From a virus: a stretch of DNA of 64,000 nt. Location: positions 49,928 to 113,927 of IMG/VR virus record IMGVR_UViG_3300045988_177018; one strand, 5' to 3'. How positions within the stretch are numbered: the first letter of the stretch is position 1; each line of letters begins with the position of its first letter. The notes under the pieces are model-generated. The model saw only the letters and a program-made list of their open reading frames with translations. It searched no databases and had not been told where the DNA came from. The translations under genes and the position numbers were made by a program. Positions 35,914 through 44,268 of the stretch are shown one piece after another.

Positions 35914-37725
35914 TTAGATTGCGTCGGGGAATTGTTCGGTCGGGGAGAATTTCAGAAGCTTCACCGTCGCCCCTTCACGCCACTTGTTCCACGCCTTGAC
36001 GGTGATTCCTACGATGCGTCGGCGGCTTGTGCGGTCGCTGTGCGCTCCACGCTTGTTGATGTCGAACAGTGTGTTTCGCAACACGAGGATGGGATTCCCT
36101 TCGTCAAGGTTCGCACCGGTGGCGAGCATGTCGAAGAACCTTTCGCACGCCTCCCCGTCGATTTCGGAGAACGTCCAGTAGATGAGCGCGGCCATGCTGA
36201 CGGACATGAGATGGTTGCTTTTCGCGTAGAACGCGCTGGCCTGTCGTAGCGTGTCCTCCAATCGTGGAGTGTTCTCGATGAAAGACAACAGTTCGTTGCG
36301 GGTCGGGGAAGCGCTGTTCAGGCATGCCGCTTCGACGCCCAATTGTTCGCTTAGATAGATGGAACGGGCGACGGTGGCGAGCTGTTTAGTGTTGGAACGG
36401 CCTTGTAGTTCGAGCACGTTCGCCATGGTTCGTGTCTTGCCCGCGTCCATGGTCTCCTGTGTTTCCTCCGGCAGTCCACGGATGACGAGGGTGCGGAACG
36501 GCACGCCGGATTCGACGCAGGCGAGGAGCCTGTGCTGTCCGTCCAACAGACGTCCCGTGCTGCTGAATTTGATTGCCTCTCCGTTCATCTGCCATGCCTG
36601 TTGCGCCATGGTGCGGGCGAACAGTTCGACCTGTTTGCGGCTCACGTTGCGGTTGTTGGTGTTCGAGCCGAGCATTTCCTTCGCCATGTCGGGCGTGATG
36701 GTCTCGACTCGTCCGGTGATGGTGTCCCAATTGGTTTCGCCGGTCGTGGCGGCACGGTTTGGAGTGGCTTTCTCCACCGGTTCCTCCGGTTTCAGGTGGA
36801 TAAGCAGAGTGGTTTTCGGCTTGCCGGAATGCCGTCTGGTTTCGGCTTTCGGAGGCTTCACTTCGACCGTCTCGTATTGTTCCGTCGTGTCCGCCTGATT
36901 CGCGGCGAAGGCGTACGCGGTCATGGTGAACGCGAGCATGAACCTGTCCACCGCCCGCTTCGGCGGGAACATGCCCATCTCGTCCACGATGCGGGAGATG
37001 TTCGACGGGGTGATGTACGGGCAATGGTTGACGACCGTATCCAATCCCGTCTCGTATTCCCTCTGTCCGAAGAATACGAACGGCGCTAGGGGAGTGCGGG
37101 CCTGAGCCATGCCACGGTAGCATTGTCCGACCTCATCGTAGATTTCGTTGATTTTACGGAGTGAGGATACGGCGTCGATACCGTTCCCGTTCACGGCTTC
37201 CGAATAATCGTATCCGCTGCTTTTGAACAGGCGCTCATTGTATCGGCTGGTGTCTCGCAGTCCGGGGCATCGTCCGAAGCCGAGCGTTGTCCCGTTGCCT
37301 TTCGTACCGTCCGCTTTTTTCAGATTCCCCTTGTTGAACCAGTATGCCTCCATGTCGGCTGAGAACGGTTTCGCCGTTACCTGTTTGGTGAGGTTGCGTC
37401 CGGTCATGCGACCGAAGTATTCGCCGTCCATGTTGACGAGCACGGGAAGTCCGGTGCCGATGAAAATGTTGTCTGGAATCAGGTCGTACCATTCCGGCAT
37501 GATGTCGTGGCCGTCCATGTAGTTGAGGATTCGTCCTACGCTGGCACGGTCGATGAACACGGTGTCGGCTTTGGCGAACAGGTCGATGTCGAGGGTCAAC
37601 GCTTTGCATACGGGTTGCAGGTCATGCTGAATCATGGTCATGAACCGTGGCTCGGTTTTCATGTCTTTGCTGGACATTTCACTTCTTTCAAGTGTTTCAG
37701 CATACGGTAGGTTTTCGGAGCGCAA
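35914..37725 (-). CDS. ParB-like nuclease (ParB/Srx) domain protein with large unknown N-terminal domain
   Basis: 603 aa. LLDGQHRLLA ParB-N motif at about aa 385. Confidence 0.55.
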   Translation of the reverse strand: MRSENLPYAETLERSEMSSKDMKTEPRFMTMIQHDLQPVCKALTLDIDLFAKADTVFIDRASVGRILNYMDGHDIMPEWYDLIPDNIFIGTGLPVLVNMDGEYFGRMTGRNLTKQVTAKPFSADMEAYWFNKGNLKKADGTKGNGTTLGFGRCPGLRDTSRYNERLFKSSGYDYSEAVNGNGIDAVSSLRKINEIYDEVGQCYRGMAQARTPLAPFVFFGQREYETGLDTVVNHCPYITPSNISRIVDEMGMFPPKRAVDRFMLAFTMTAYAFAANQADTTEQYETVEVKPPKAETRRHSGKPKTTLLIHLKPEEPVEKATPNRAATTGETNWDTITGRVETITPDMAKEMLGSNTNNRNVSRKQVELFARTMAQQAWQMNGEAIKFSSTGRLLDGQHRLLACVESGVPFRTLVIRGLPEETQETMDAGKTRTMANVLELQGRSNTKQLATVARSIYLSEQLGVEAACLNSASPTRNELLSFIENTPRLEDTLRQASAFYAKSNHLMSVSMAALIYWTFSEIDGEACERFFDMLATGANLDEGNPILVLRNTLFDINKRGAHSDRTSRRRIVGITVKAWNKWREGATVKLLKFSPTEQFPDAI

Positions 37726-38285
37726 CCGGAGGGATTGTGTTCCTCCTGCCGATACTGTTCTTCGATTTCATCCCAATGTCTGACGATGGTTTCCCAGTCG
37801 GCTGACACGTCGCCCATGAGGCTCAGATACGCTCGGGCGGCGGGCACCATGTCGAACATTGCAAGTATCCGGCGTATGTCGCCGGGGTCTATCGGCGTGT
37901 CCTCGCATCCGTCTTTCCGTACGCCGTTCGCGGTCATGGTGATGCCGGTGAGTCGTTGGACGATGGCGAGGGAGCTGAGTCCCACGTCTCCGTTGGCGAG
38001 CCATTCCGAGAAGGATTCCAAGGGGAGGACTGTCGTGCAATTCATGTCCGTAATCGTTGGCGCGAGACCGGTGACGAGTCTTGTCTTCGGGACTGTCAGA
38101 ACGTATAGGGGACGTTCGTCTTTGTCGGGCATCCGCCCGTGTATGAGGTGGCCGTTGACGAATACCGTGGGTTGCTCGTCGTCGTAGATGCGGATGGTGC
38201 AGGTGTCTTCGTCCAATGTTTCAGGCTTCCATCCAGCGAAGGCTTTCGTCCATGTAGTCTCTGATTTTCCGGAGGTCTTCCGCAT
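37659..38285 (-). CDS. Hypothetical protein
   Basis: 208-aa ORF. Its 3' end overlaps the ParB-like gene start. Confidence 0.4.
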   Translation of the reverse strand: MRKTSGKSETTWTKAFAGWKPETLDEDTCTIRIYDDEQPTVFVNGHLIHGRMPDKDERPLYVLTVPKTRLVTGLAPTITDMNCTTVLPLESFSEWLANGDVGLSSLAIVQRLTGITMTANGVRKDGCEDTPIDPGDIRRILAMFDMVPAARAYLSLMGDVSADWETIVRHWDEIEEQYRQEEHNPSGCAPKTYRMLKHLKEVKCPAKT

Positions 38286-38445
38286 TGTTGACGACGACGC
38301 TGGATGCGATTCCGTCTCCGATGGTAGTGAACATGAGTTCCTTGCCGAAGGCGGTGGATTGGATGATGGTGAGCTTGTTGTCGGACTCGTTGTCGATGAC
38401 TTGCAGGGTGTTTGTATTGCCGTTGCAGTATTCGCGTGCGCTCAT
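38221..38445 (-). CDS. Hypothetical small protein (weak)
   Basis: 74-aa ORF overlapping the previous gene by 65 bp. Confidence 0.25.
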   Translation of the reverse strand: MSAREYCNGNTNTLQVIDNESDNKLTIIQSTAFGKELMFTTIGDGIASSVVVNNAEDLRKIRDYMDESLRWMEA

Positions 38446-38574
38446 TGTCTGCGTTTTTTCCTTGTCCTGTTGGCTGGTTTGTATGTGGGCGCGTCCAGCT
38501 TAACACACTATGTGGGGGTATGCAAACGGCAGCAGGTTGCGAGGTCGCGAAGTTGCGTATGGCAATACTCTTTG

Positions 38575-38596
38575 TTATACTGGAATCGTCCACAAA
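38575..38596 (+). promoter_or_regulatory. Conserved promoter/leader motif copy, plus orientation
   Basis: ttatactggaatcgtccacaaa, about 50 bp upstream of the 38646 ATG. Confidence 0.5.
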
Positions 38597-38645
38597 AAAA
38601 GGGAGCCACACACTCCCAACCACGCCAGAAAAAAAGAAGAAACCA

Positions 38646-38821
38646 TGAGCAAGCAGACGGAAAACAACATCAACCTGACATTGACACTCATCGCAATCGT
38701 CAGCGCATTCCTCATGTGGAGACAGGATTACGGCCACGTGGTCATGGCAATCACCAGCATCACGTTCCTACTCAGCTCCGCCGCACTGCTCGCTCACTTC
38801 CTCAACGGATTGGACGCCTAA
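38646..38821 (+). CDS. Small hydrophobic protein
   Basis: 58 aa with two TM helices. Confidence 0.4.
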
Positions 38822-38893
38822 CAAGAACAGAATGCCCCAGCCTGAAAAAGACTGGGGCATAGGCATGTCACCACACAGAAAAAGGCAACACAC

Positions 38894-39274
38894 ATGGAAA
38901 CCAAACCCAAAACGGAACAGAAACCGAAAACCGAACTCGACCGACTCCTAGAAAAAAACGAGCGCATGCAGGACGCGCTGCTCGACCTCAAAGACACGAT
39001 AAGCCGAATGATTGGCGAGGGCAGACTGCCGAACGACGACGAAACCCGACAGTGGCTCGAAGGAATCGACAGCAAGCTCAAAAACGAATACGCAGACCGT
39101 GACGTCCTGCTGTTCAACCATGGTTCGATGACCACGGTCGTTCCACCGGCGACGGAACGCTACCGCCCGGATTTGAACATCCGCTATCAGGAACTCGCCT
39201 CCACCATCAACGAAACGTATGCGTCCGCCGACCGCAAGTACTGGCTGGGACGTATTCAGCAAGCCGGACTGTGA
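38894..39274 (+). CDS. Hypothetical coiled-coil protein
   Basis: 126-aa ORF. Confidence 0.45.
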   Translation: METKPKTEQKPKTELDRLLEKNERMQDALLDLKDTISRMIGEGRLPNDDETRQWLEGIDSKLKNEYADRDVLLFNHGSMTTVVPPATERYRPDLNIRYQELASTINETYASADRKYWLGRIQQAGL

Positions 39275-39306
39275 ACGCAACCAAGAAGGAACCCCACGGG
39301 AGAACA

Positions 39307-39645
39307 ATGCCGGAGCCGATACAGACATACCATCCAACATTGGAAAAAACAAGGAAGCTTTTCCAACTGCGGGAAAGGCTTTGCGAGATAGCGGACGGGA
39401 AAAACGAAGGGTCAATCCCCTACGACGAAGCCAACAATCTGGCAGTCGAAGCCGTAGTGACAGCCAACGGAGGAATGCCGAAAGCGACAAGCGGTCCAAT
39501 GGTTCGTCTCTGCAAACTCTGCCGCAACGGTTGGATTCGCGAAGCGGCGGATGAAATGAAAATCGTATACCCCGACTTGGATTCTCTCGAACAGTGGAGC
39601 AATCGTCGAGACCATCGCAAGAAGGAAAGGAAGCAAAAGGGTTGA
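39307..39645 (+). CDS. Hypothetical protein, CRNGW-motif paralog 1
   Basis: ..LCKLCRNGWIREAADEMKIVYPDLD... GGGAGA SD. Confidence 0.45.
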   Translation: MPEPIQTYHPTLEKTRKLFQLRERLCEIADGKNEGSIPYDEANNLAVEAVVTANGGMPKATSGPMVRLCKLCRNGWIREAADEMKIVYPDLDSLEQWSNRRDHRKKERKQKG

Positions 39646-39713
39646 GCGAGAACGAGTCCAACAAAGAGAATAAGGGCAGGACTTCCACTCCGGCACGACC
39701 GTACGCCAACGAC

Positions 39714-39983
39714 ATGGAGGCAGTCAATCGGCTCAGAAGACAGTTGACCGCCATCTCCGCCAGCAAAGACAGTGGACTAATCACATCCGAACAGGCCAAC
39801 GCGAAAGCCGTGGAAGCCATCGGAAAGACCCGAGAAGCAAAATCGAAATACCTCCAACGCAAGCCGTTGGACTATCTGGAACGCATCTGCCGCAACGGTT
39901 GGGTCAGCGAAGCGGTAAAGAGAATTCCCGAACTCTACCCGTATCTAGACCATCCCGACCGGTGGATTCGCAAGGATGAATAG
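39714..39983 (+). CDS. Hypothetical protein, CRNGW-motif paralog 2
   Basis: ..LERICRNGWVSEAVKRIPELYPYLD... A GTG at 39594 is possible. Confidence 0.4.
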   Translation: MEAVNRLRRQLTAISASKDSGLITSEQANAKAVEAIGKTREAKSKYLQRKPLDYLERICRNGWVSEAVKRIPELYPYLDHPDRWIRKDE

Positions 39984-40216
39984 TGTTGCCTGACGAGCGT
40001 TCCCAAGTGTCACTGCTTCTCATACTGCTGTCCATTCTGAGCTTGTCCGCAATGGTTCATTACGCCCGTCTTTCCCTTGGACGCATGAGCCGTATGCCTG
40101 ATGAGGAGTCCCGTTCCGACCTGTTCAACTATCGGCTGATGACTGTGATTTCACTGTTGGTGTTGACCGTCTCGGTCGTAGCCATCATCGCGTACAACAA
40201 GTCTTTTTACCAGTGA
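39983..40216 (+). CDS. Small membrane protein
   Basis: 77 aa with two TM helices. GTG start overlapping the upstream stop. Confidence 0.4.
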   Translation: MLPDERSQVSLLLILLSILSLSAMVHYARLSLGRMSRMPDEESRSDLFNYRLMTVISLLVLTVSVVAIIAYNKSFYQ

Positions 40217-41220
40217 CCCCACGGTTTTCCACGAGGACACGTGAACCAATTCCCGAAAGGTGGAGCATATTGAACAAAACGGAGATTCTGCGTCTGGTCA
40301 AAGCCGCATGCGACGAAGACCATTTGAGATTCGCGCAGCAAATCAGATTATTGGCCGACTCCTACGAGCAGGAAAAGCCATCCGCCTCCGTTGACAGGCT
40401 GCGACGGCTAGCCGAACTGGAACAGGCGAAAGGGCAGTCATCCAATCCGAACCTGACCCCGGTGGACGGGTTGACCGAACCGCTGCCGGTATTGGACGGA
40501 ACGCACGAGCCGGTCTGGGACAAGACCGTAGAGGAGACGCTGGATGGACTCGTGGAGGAGCACCGTCATTCCGACGTATTGGTTTCGCACAATCTCACCC
40601 CACGGAACAAAATCATCCTTACCGGAGCGCCCGGCACGGGCAAGACCACGTTCACATCCATACTCGCCGAACGTCTCGGATTGCCCGGCATCGTTCTTCG
40701 TGCTGACCGTGTGATAAACAGTCAGCTCGGCAAGACCTTGAACAACATCGCATTGGTGTTCGACCGGCTCCACGCGGAACGTCGGCTTCTTTTCATCGAC
40801 GAATGCGACATGCTTCTCGCCCGTCGAGACAACGTTCAGGATGTGGCGGAGATGCGCCGCGCAACCAATTTCATGTTGCAAAAAATCGACTCGCTTCCCG
40901 ACGATTGCGTGCTCGTCTGCGCGACCAACATGACCAGTCTCATTGACCGTGCCGCATGGCGACGGTTTGACGTGAGAATCCGGTTGAACATGACGGACAA
41001 GCCCGCCTCAAGGATTATCGTCGTCCGTCGTCTTAAGGAACTGAACGTCAAATCCGATGTTCCAGCCGATTTCGACATGTCCGGCGTCAGCCCATCCCTG
41101 CTTGTCCAAACCGTAGACGGTTTGGCTCGTAACGCTTTGATTTCCGGGTCGGAGACCATTCCCACGGAAACGCTTCTCAAAGCTTTTGACTCTTTGAAAA
41201 AGGAGATTCCAAACCTGTGA
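40213..41220 (+). CDS. AAA+ ATPase (classic AAA module)
   Basis: ILTGAPGTGKTTF Walker A. LLFIDECDML Walker B. Sensor/arginine-finger region. Confidence 0.7.
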   Translation: MTPRFSTRTREPIPERWSILNKTEILRLVKAACDEDHLRFAQQIRLLADSYEQEKPSASVDRLRRLAELEQAKGQSSNPNLTPVDGLTEPLPVLDGTHEPVWDKTVEETLDGLVEEHRHSDVLVSHNLTPRNKIILTGAPGTGKTTFTSILAERLGLPGIVLRADRVINSQLGKTLNNIALVFDRLHAERRLLFIDECDMLLARRDNVQDVAEMRRATNFMLQKIDSLPDDCVLVCATNMTSLIDRAAWRRFDVRIRLNMTDKPASRIIVVRRLKELNVKSDVPADFDMSGVSPSLLVQTVDGLARNALISGSETIPTETLLKAFDSLKKEIPNL

Positions 41221-41224
41221 AAAA

Positions 41225-41554
41225 GTGGGTGAATCGTCAAAACGCCCACGCCGACGAAAAGGAAAGGCGGGTGGAATGCAAGACGATGGACAACAACGAA
41301 AACAAATACCGTCGAAGTCGCTGAAACGTTCTGACAGGCAACCGAAACTATCGGACATTGCCATGCTTGACCGTGGCTGCCAGTTGTGGATTCGTGAAGC
41401 CCGCAAGGGTAATATAACGGACACGTCCAAGACGTTGGAGCGTATCCGCTACCAGCTTCGATTGGAACGCAGGGCGTCCGGCGAGTCGGGACGAAATTCG
41501 TGCAGACCTGTTTCGGAGGATAAAAAACCTGACGTGGACGACACGTCTGAATAA
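41225..41554 (+). CDS. Hypothetical basic protein (weak)
   Basis: 109-aa ORF, possibly with a later start. Confidence 0.3.
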   Translation: MGESSKRPRRRKGKAGGMQDDGQQRKQIPSKSLKRSDRQPKLSDIAMLDRGCQLWIREARKGNITDTSKTLERIRYQLRLERRASGESGRNSCRPVSEDKKPDVDDTSE

Positions 41555-41590
41555 AAGGCGGATAGGAGGAAATTCTAGGATTTTCAGTCC

Positions 41591-41621
41591 GGTGGTTGAT
41601 ATTGACCACCGGCTTTTTTCG
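41591..41621 (+). terminator. Rho-independent terminator
   Basis: ccggtggttgatattgaccaccgg followed by cttttttcg. Confidence 0.6.
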
Positions 41622-41698
41622 TCTTCCAACCTTAACGTGGGGGTATGATTGTCTTATCGGCGGAAACCACACTCCGTCCACATCATTAAGGAGACACC

Positions 41699-42469
41699 AT
41701 GAACGAAGGAACCTACGGGTTGGAAACCATAAAAGCCGACTATCATACGATACTCGGCTACGACATCGGATACGTCACGGCGGAATCATACCCACTGTTC
41801 GCCCCATACCGTGCGAAAGACAAGCAGACATTCTCGGGACGAGTACCACGTCTGTTAAGCATCATCATCACCACGCTCGTCAACACTCCCAGCCGCGAAT
41901 GGAATGCGGAAACCAGAACCCTCACCATCGGAGAGGACTTCTTCTATCTGGCGAACAAATGCGGGTTGAACAGTGGCGGCGACGGACGAACCACGGTACA
42001 TGACCGACTGCTCATGCTCACCGAAATACAGTTCACCGACATGGATGGGAACAAGGTAACTCCCGTGTCGCATACGGACATCAGCCCGGATTTCCTGACA
42101 GTCGAGCATCGTAGAATCACATTCACGGAGCAGTTCGTCCGTATGATGACAAGAAACGTCCGCCAGCTTCCGCTGAAGTGCCTGTATCCGAACGCGGGAA
42201 GCGCCATCGGCATCGACCTGCTCGTGTTGTCCGCATTGTATTGTCCGAAAAACCATCGTCTCATCATCGAGCGTGAAGACCTTTCGTCATTGCTTCCGGC
42301 GAGCAGTCAGAGCCTTTCCACGCAAAGCCTGTTGAAGAGGTTCAAAGAGTTGAACAACAGTCAGAACGAGTGGACGTACCGGATGACGAAGCACAGTGTG
42401 ACCATCAGCCCGTTCGGCGTGTACTCGTCCGAAGATGCGATACGTTTACGTCGTAAAAACCGGTCTTGA
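41699..42469 (+). CDS. Paralog of the Rep-like protein at 56939..57880 (putative winged-helix initiator-like protein)
   Basis: Shared pattern VPRLLSIIITTL...GG...RLLMLTEIQFT vs VPRLFLLYIRTL...GG...RLLLESIKNL. Confidence 0.4.
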   Translation: MNEGTYGLETIKADYHTILGYDIGYVTAESYPLFAPYRAKDKQTFSGRVPRLLSIIITTLVNTPSREWNAETRTLTIGEDFFYLANKCGLNSGGDGRTTVHDRLLMLTEIQFTDMDGNKVTPVSHTDISPDFLTVEHRRITFTEQFVRMMTRNVRQLPLKCLYPNAGSAIGIDLLVLSALYCPKNHRLIIEREDLSSLLPASSQSLSTQSLLKRFKELNNSQNEWTYRMTKHSVTISPFGVYSSEDAIRLRRKNRS

Positions 42470-42476
42470 ATGCAAG

Positions 42477-42510
42477 AGAGGGGAGTCGGCCATCACGGTC
42501 GGCTCCCCTC
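42477..42510. terminator. Bidirectional stem-loop between convergent genes
   Basis: ggggagtcggccatcacggtcggctcccc. Confidence 0.5.
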
Positions 42511-42531
42511 AATGATATTGGAGTTGGAAAC

Positions 42532-43251
42532 TTAGATTTTCAGCTCGTCAATGACGGAAAGGTCAACTCCGTCACCCCAGTTATCGACAATCTTGCTCAG
42601 GTTCTTACGCATTCCGATGGGGGACTGGTCGTCAACCGGACGTCCGAAATTCTTCTCCGGAGCGACCGCGTTCAACACGGCGAACAGCAGGTTCGTCATA
42701 TCCTTGCCCTGCGCGAACACAAGCGTCACCTCCGCTGCAATCATGCCCGGCTCGGCGGTGGTCAATCCCTCCAAGGCGGACGTGAAATCGGAGATTCGGC
42801 GTTGGTTCTTCGGTTCGGTCAACGCGTCCAGCACGGCTTCCGGAGTGCTCTTCTTCGTGTCGGTCAACGCCTTGGCGAGGGCAATCACACGCTCATCATC
42901 CAACGATTTGATGAGGGGAATGAGCTTCTTTCCGAACTGTTCCTCGATATGCGGCATGGTTTTTTCACGAGGCTTACGGTTTGCACGAACCTTGGATTTG
43001 CCTTTCGGCTTGTCTTCCGTTTCGGTCGGCTCGTCAGTCGCGCCAACAGACTCATCGTCGGCTGGCGTCGGAGTCTCGGCTGCGGAATCCACGCCGTCCT
43101 GAACAAGCCCGGACACAGGCTGTTCCTCTTCGGCGGGAGACTGCTCCGGTTCGAAATAATTGCCGGAACCATAACCGTTGTTCTGCTCCGACTGTTGGTT
43201 GTTGTTGAAACCCCAATTGGTGAAGTCTGGCATCATACCTTCTTTCGTCAT
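42532..43251 (-). CDS. Hypothetical acidic protein
   Basis: 239-aa ORF, divergent from the operon starting at 44269. Confidence 0.45.
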   Translation of the reverse strand: MTKEGMMPDFTNWGFNNNQQSEQNNGYGSGNYFEPEQSPAEEEQPVSGLVQDGVDSAAETPTPADDESVGATDEPTETEDKPKGKSKVRANRKPREKTMPHIEEQFGKKLIPLIKSLDDERVIALAKALTDTKKSTPEAVLDALTEPKNQRRISDFTSALEGLTTAEPGMIAAEVTLVFAQGKDMTNLLFAVLNAVAPEKNFGRPVDDQSPIGMRKNLSKIVDNWGDGVDLSVIDELKI

Positions 43252-43524
43252 CCAGCGAACACTCCGGTCAGACAGGTTGTTAACAGTCGGAACGAGGTGT
43301 TCTGTATTTTCAATTTACGAGTGTAACGGCTTTCGCCATTCCAAAACAGAGAAAACGGGAAACAACCCTCCCTTCCAAGCCGGTAGGTTCCATCCGAAAA
43401 ACGGAACCAAGAGAAAGAGTCCGATGGCGGGAACGAAAAAACAGGAACGACGATTAGGGCATCGCCTGAAGAAGAACAGGGCAAGCCGTCCGCCGCGCCG
43501 GTAGGTCAGCATGAACAGCGGACT

Positions 43525-44265
43525 TCAAAAAAAGAGAGAAGAAACCACACTGAAAACAAAAATCCAAGAACACCATGCCATCAAAAAGAAGAACCAAGAA
43601 AAACAGAAAAGAAGAACCAAAAGAATAAAACCCGATAGGAAGAAGAGACCACATCAGAAGAAAAGAAGACAGCAACGACACAATCAAGAAAGAACACCGG
43701 TACAAGAGAAAAAAGAACAGAGGACAACGGCAGAACAAGAAGAACAATCCATACCGTAAATCAGGACACGACGTAACTAAAGAACCAAACGCAGAGCAAC
43801 CAGCCACCACAAGACAACAGGACAAGCGCATACGACCCAGCAGAGAAGAAAAGCAACAGCACCAAACACTCGAAGAGCATAAAGCGACAAACAAAAGAAC
43901 CACAAGGCAACAGGACGCAACAGACAAAAGCCCACACAGAAGAACAGACTGCAAAAACACTCGACAGCAAAAACGCAAACAGCAGAAGCCACGCCACATA
44001 AGACGGCAACAAACCCAGAGAAGAAAGAACCGGCACGCCAGCAACCACATCACAATCACAACAACGCCCCACACGGCCAACCAGACAACAAAAAGGTCAA
44101 TAGTCACACCAACAAGGTCAACAACAAACAAAACAAGGTAACATCAATACAGGAACAGCCAATGCAATGAAAAAGCAACAGCAGAACCAACCAAAAAACC
44201 AAATATCAAAAACTATAAATGCCAGAACTTGGACAAAACCGTGAACGTTCCGATGAAAACAACGG
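43525..44265 (+). other. About 0.74-kb T-depleted (A/C/G-only-like) tract on the top strand; non-coding
   Basis: By inspection T is far under 10% and A about half of bases on the top strand. ORFs in it are stop-codon-free artefacts. Confidence 0.7.
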
Positions 44266-44268
44266 AAC

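Noticed and set aside
43454-44131. 225-aa minus-strand ORF (Phe/Leu/Cys/Val-rich) and the 82-aa plus ORF 43511..43759 inside the T-depleted tract
   Set aside because: All stop codons contain A on the bottom strand and T on the top strand. A T-free/A-free sequence is therefore automatically open in every frame. The composition is non-protein-like and there is no SD.
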